Below, in pieces: positions 61,194 to 64,000 of a DNA stretch of 64,000 bases. This stretch comes from Amphiscolops sp. MND2022 (taxonomy: Eukaryota), in assembly GCA_964187785.1 (NCBI GenBank), contig OZ076409.1:33420001-33484000 (forward strand). Reading direction: 5' to 3'. Both the position numbers and the translations under genes were made by a program. The notes beneath the pieces are model-generated. The model was not told where the DNA came from and made no database searches. It was given only the letters and a program-made list of their open reading frames with translations. How positions within the stretch are numbered: position 1 is the stretch's first letter; the number at the start of each line of letters is the position of its first letter.

Positions 61194-62241
61194 CCCGGGT
61201 CGACCCTCCATGGATATCTTAGTAAGATCTTGGCAAGATCTTGCCAAGATCTTGGAAAATTCTTAGCTAAGATCGTGACAAGATATTGCCAAGAATTGCA
61301 AGATGCCATGGTAAGATCTTATCAAGAGAGCCATGTTCCCAAGAAAAATCTTACTAAGAAGCCCAATATGGCAAGAAAAATCTAACTAAGAAGTCGAATA
61401 TGGCAAGAAAAAAATTGCTACGAACTGCTCGATATCGAGAGAAAGTAAAATCAGAAAACCATTAAATTAAGAGTTATGCAAAAATAATCTAGATATCACT
61501 CAAAACAAAATTACTGAATGATTTTTACAACCATTTCGATCTCGATTTTTTTTTTCAATTGCAAAACTGTTGCCAACAACGGCGTCAGATAAGCCTTGAG
61601 CTGAATCATTACCCAAAAATGAGCAATGAGCGCCGTTTCTAGCAGTAATAAGGCTGCTAAACAGGCTCAAAGAAAGCTGGAAATATGATTTTTACAAAAA
61701 TTTCAGGATTTTAAGGTCTTTCCTTTGTAACTTTCCGATAGTGGATCTGGACGTTTGAGAGCATATTTCTTCGTCTCTGGAATCGACAGGAATGATAAAT
61801 TACAAGTTTTGAAAAGCCCTTGAAATTACCTTTCATTTGGTACATTCGGGATTTTTCAGTCTTAAACAGGTGAGGAATTATTAGGATTCTCGTCAGAATT
61901 TCTGAAGCCAGACTACGTTATCGTAATTTTTCACGCATTTTTGCATGCAAAATTTTTCCAGCAGGTTTAAGCATTTTGATTATGAAAACGAGTAGAAATA
62001 GTCGTTGTTGGGTGAAATGAGCCTTTAGATTGAGTCTCGGCTGCTTGTACCGAAGGTATAGTGTTTTTTAATAATCCTAAAATTTTGTCCATCGTGATAA
62101 GATACGATCTTGGAATAAGTATTATCTTAGTAAGATCTTAATAAGAATCTTGCCATGGGATCCATGGCTGCCAAGATGTACTAAGAATTTGGCAAGATCT
62201 TGCCAAGACAGCCAAGATGCTAGTAAGAGGGTCAACCCGGG
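61194..62241 (-). mobile_element. Non-autonomous TIR DNA transposon, CMC/EnSpm-like, copy 2
   Basis: Reverse complement of 481-1539; CCCGGG..CCCGGG ends; 2-bp TSD CT. Confidence 0.85.
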
Positions 62242-63686
62242 CTTTTTGCAACAACTTTAATCCTCCAGCCACCGAAAGTGCATTGGTGATTTCTATGCTG
62301 CATGGAACAGTTATTGGTAACTAAGACGACAAAACTGACAGCCATTGACTATCATTATAACGTGAGCAACAATAGGTTACGACCCTAATGAATTCATAAA
62401 CATTGCTGTTCATCGAGAAAAACGGCATCTGAAACCTCGAGTTATCGATCCATGGAGTCGCAACGAAAAGAGGCTCCATTTATATTGACGGTGATTCATT
62501 CTACTAACAGAAGTCGCCTAATTTAAAAACATTCAAGTTCTTCAGGGAAAGGTCATATTTAGTTCATATTTTAAATTCGGTTCATGTTTCACTTCATATA
62601 AAGGAAGAGTAAAAACACTATTAAGAATCATTCAACGAAAGAAATTCTCAACTTCGGACCAATTATTCCGCATTGAACTATGTTTTTCTGTAAGGTACAG
62701 CAGCTAGAGGCGTAGCTGAAGTTCCCTAAACTTCTCAAAAACGCAAGAAGAATAATTAACTAATCAGGAAAGGTTCACCAAAAAGCAAGGGATCTTACAA
62801 ATGTGACGAAATTACCAAATAGAAACAGCTTTACTTTGAGAGCGATATCGTTGGAGTCTTTTTGAAGAGACAAATATCGTCTCAAATAAAAAGTCAAATC
62901 TTTAAATCTGTGCAGCTTCTTCTTACTAGCGTTTATGTAACATTATACATTCGCATTTTGTTCAATGGAGGGCACTAAATTTAATTACAAAACATATGAA
63001 AGAATTCTTTTTCACCCTTTGTTAACCCATTGAGATAACTAATCTGTTTTCCTTGATGCATTTGGTGATTCATCGCTACTACAACTAAGCTACCAAACCA
63101 AAGCCACGTGATCAACGTCTGAAAGCTCATTGTTTTTCAATCAATAAAACATGAATAGTTAGTCAGAATTCGCCGCCAAATACCTAAAGTTTAAAGAAGT
63201 CAAAAGCCCTCTTTATACCATGGTGCCGCAAAAAGCTACAGAATTTACACAGCACCATACATTACCATGCCAAACTGGTATATTTGTGAATTGTTTGAAT
63301 CCACACAATAATGTTTGTATGTTTAACGGCTGCTTTTGCGGAATTCACGGAACTTTGTGGATTCCACAAAATAATTTTGGCCATTGCTTGGAATCCACAA
63401 AGCTAAAAGAAGCATTGCGTTGAATCCACAAAATGAAAACGTGGATTCCACCAAAGTAACTCTCCCATTCGCATAGTTGTTCGACAGAGTTTATTTTTCC
63501 TTTTAGAGTTGTTATAATCTCCTAAAAAACAGATAGTAAAGCCAGATACTAAAGCCAAGAAGATCTTATTTTGTCATTTGTCGAATTTAGCAATTTACTT
63601 TCATTAAAATGTGTGATGTTAATACCCGGTCTGGAGGTACATATCGTGTCTTGTGCATATGATATTTCACGGAGGCCAAAAAGATC

Positions 63687-64000
63687 ATGGATTCAGTTAG
63701 TAATACATCAGATCGAAATAACCGCCTCAGTCAAATTATAAGGCTAATGGAAAAACGTTCGAGCGAAATTCAACCATTCGATTCACAAATACATGACGTT
63801 TTGCAAGTCGATGAAAGCAAACTCAACATCTTCTGCAGATCTGATAATCAAACATTCATCAACAATGACACGATAAAACCTTTCCTCCATAATATAAACC
63901 AAACCTCTGAATCTACAGGCGTTAGCACTGCTGCATCCTCGTATACGCTGAACAGTAAGGCAAACAGAAACAATACAATGTTACCAAAATTTATTTTTCC
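63687..64000 (+). CDS. Open-ended ORF, possible extracellular N-terminus of a membrane receptor (GPCR-like)
   Basis: ATCATGG start after an in-frame TGA; more than 100 codons with no stop to the window end (MDSVSNTSDRNN...DNQTFINNDT...NQTSES...NNTMLPK), with five N-x-S/T sequons and no obvious signal peptide. Confidence 0.45.
   Translation, partial: MDSVSNTSDRNNRLSQIIRLMEKRSSEIQPFDSQIHDVLQVDESKLNIFCRSDNQTFINNDTIKPFLHNINQTSESTGVSTAASSYTLNSKANRNNTMLPKFIF

Overview
Repeat-dominated eukaryotic (invertebrate-type) genomic DNA, AT-rich, with about two thirds transposon-derived. It holds two BEL/Pao LTR retrotransposons (11222-19241, full length but stop-ridden; 50450-54146, internally deleted), three decayed Ty3/Gypsy elements of one lineage (3009-8615, ~20899-27170, ~33140-38782), a 1.46-kb TRIM-like element, a CR1/L2-type LINE with an esterase-like ORF1, an RT-deleted RTE-like LINE with a four-zinc-finger tail, two inverted copies of a CCC..GGG TIR element with 2-bp TSDs, two families of Helentron/DINE-1-like non-autonomous elements (more than 10 copies or ends) and several long palindromes. 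Host coding sequence is sparse: one clear class A (neuropeptide/tachykinin-receptor-like) GPCR exon at 32436-32700 (-) and an open-ended, sequon-rich ORF from 63687 (+). The two most unusual items are a 216-bp insert carrying a shortened 3' end of SSU (18S-type) rRNA, flanked by a 9-bp TSD inside the LINE, and a BEL element carrying Pol III tRNA-like cassettes in both LTRs and in its 3' UTR. All calls are by eye from the sequence; no database searches were run.
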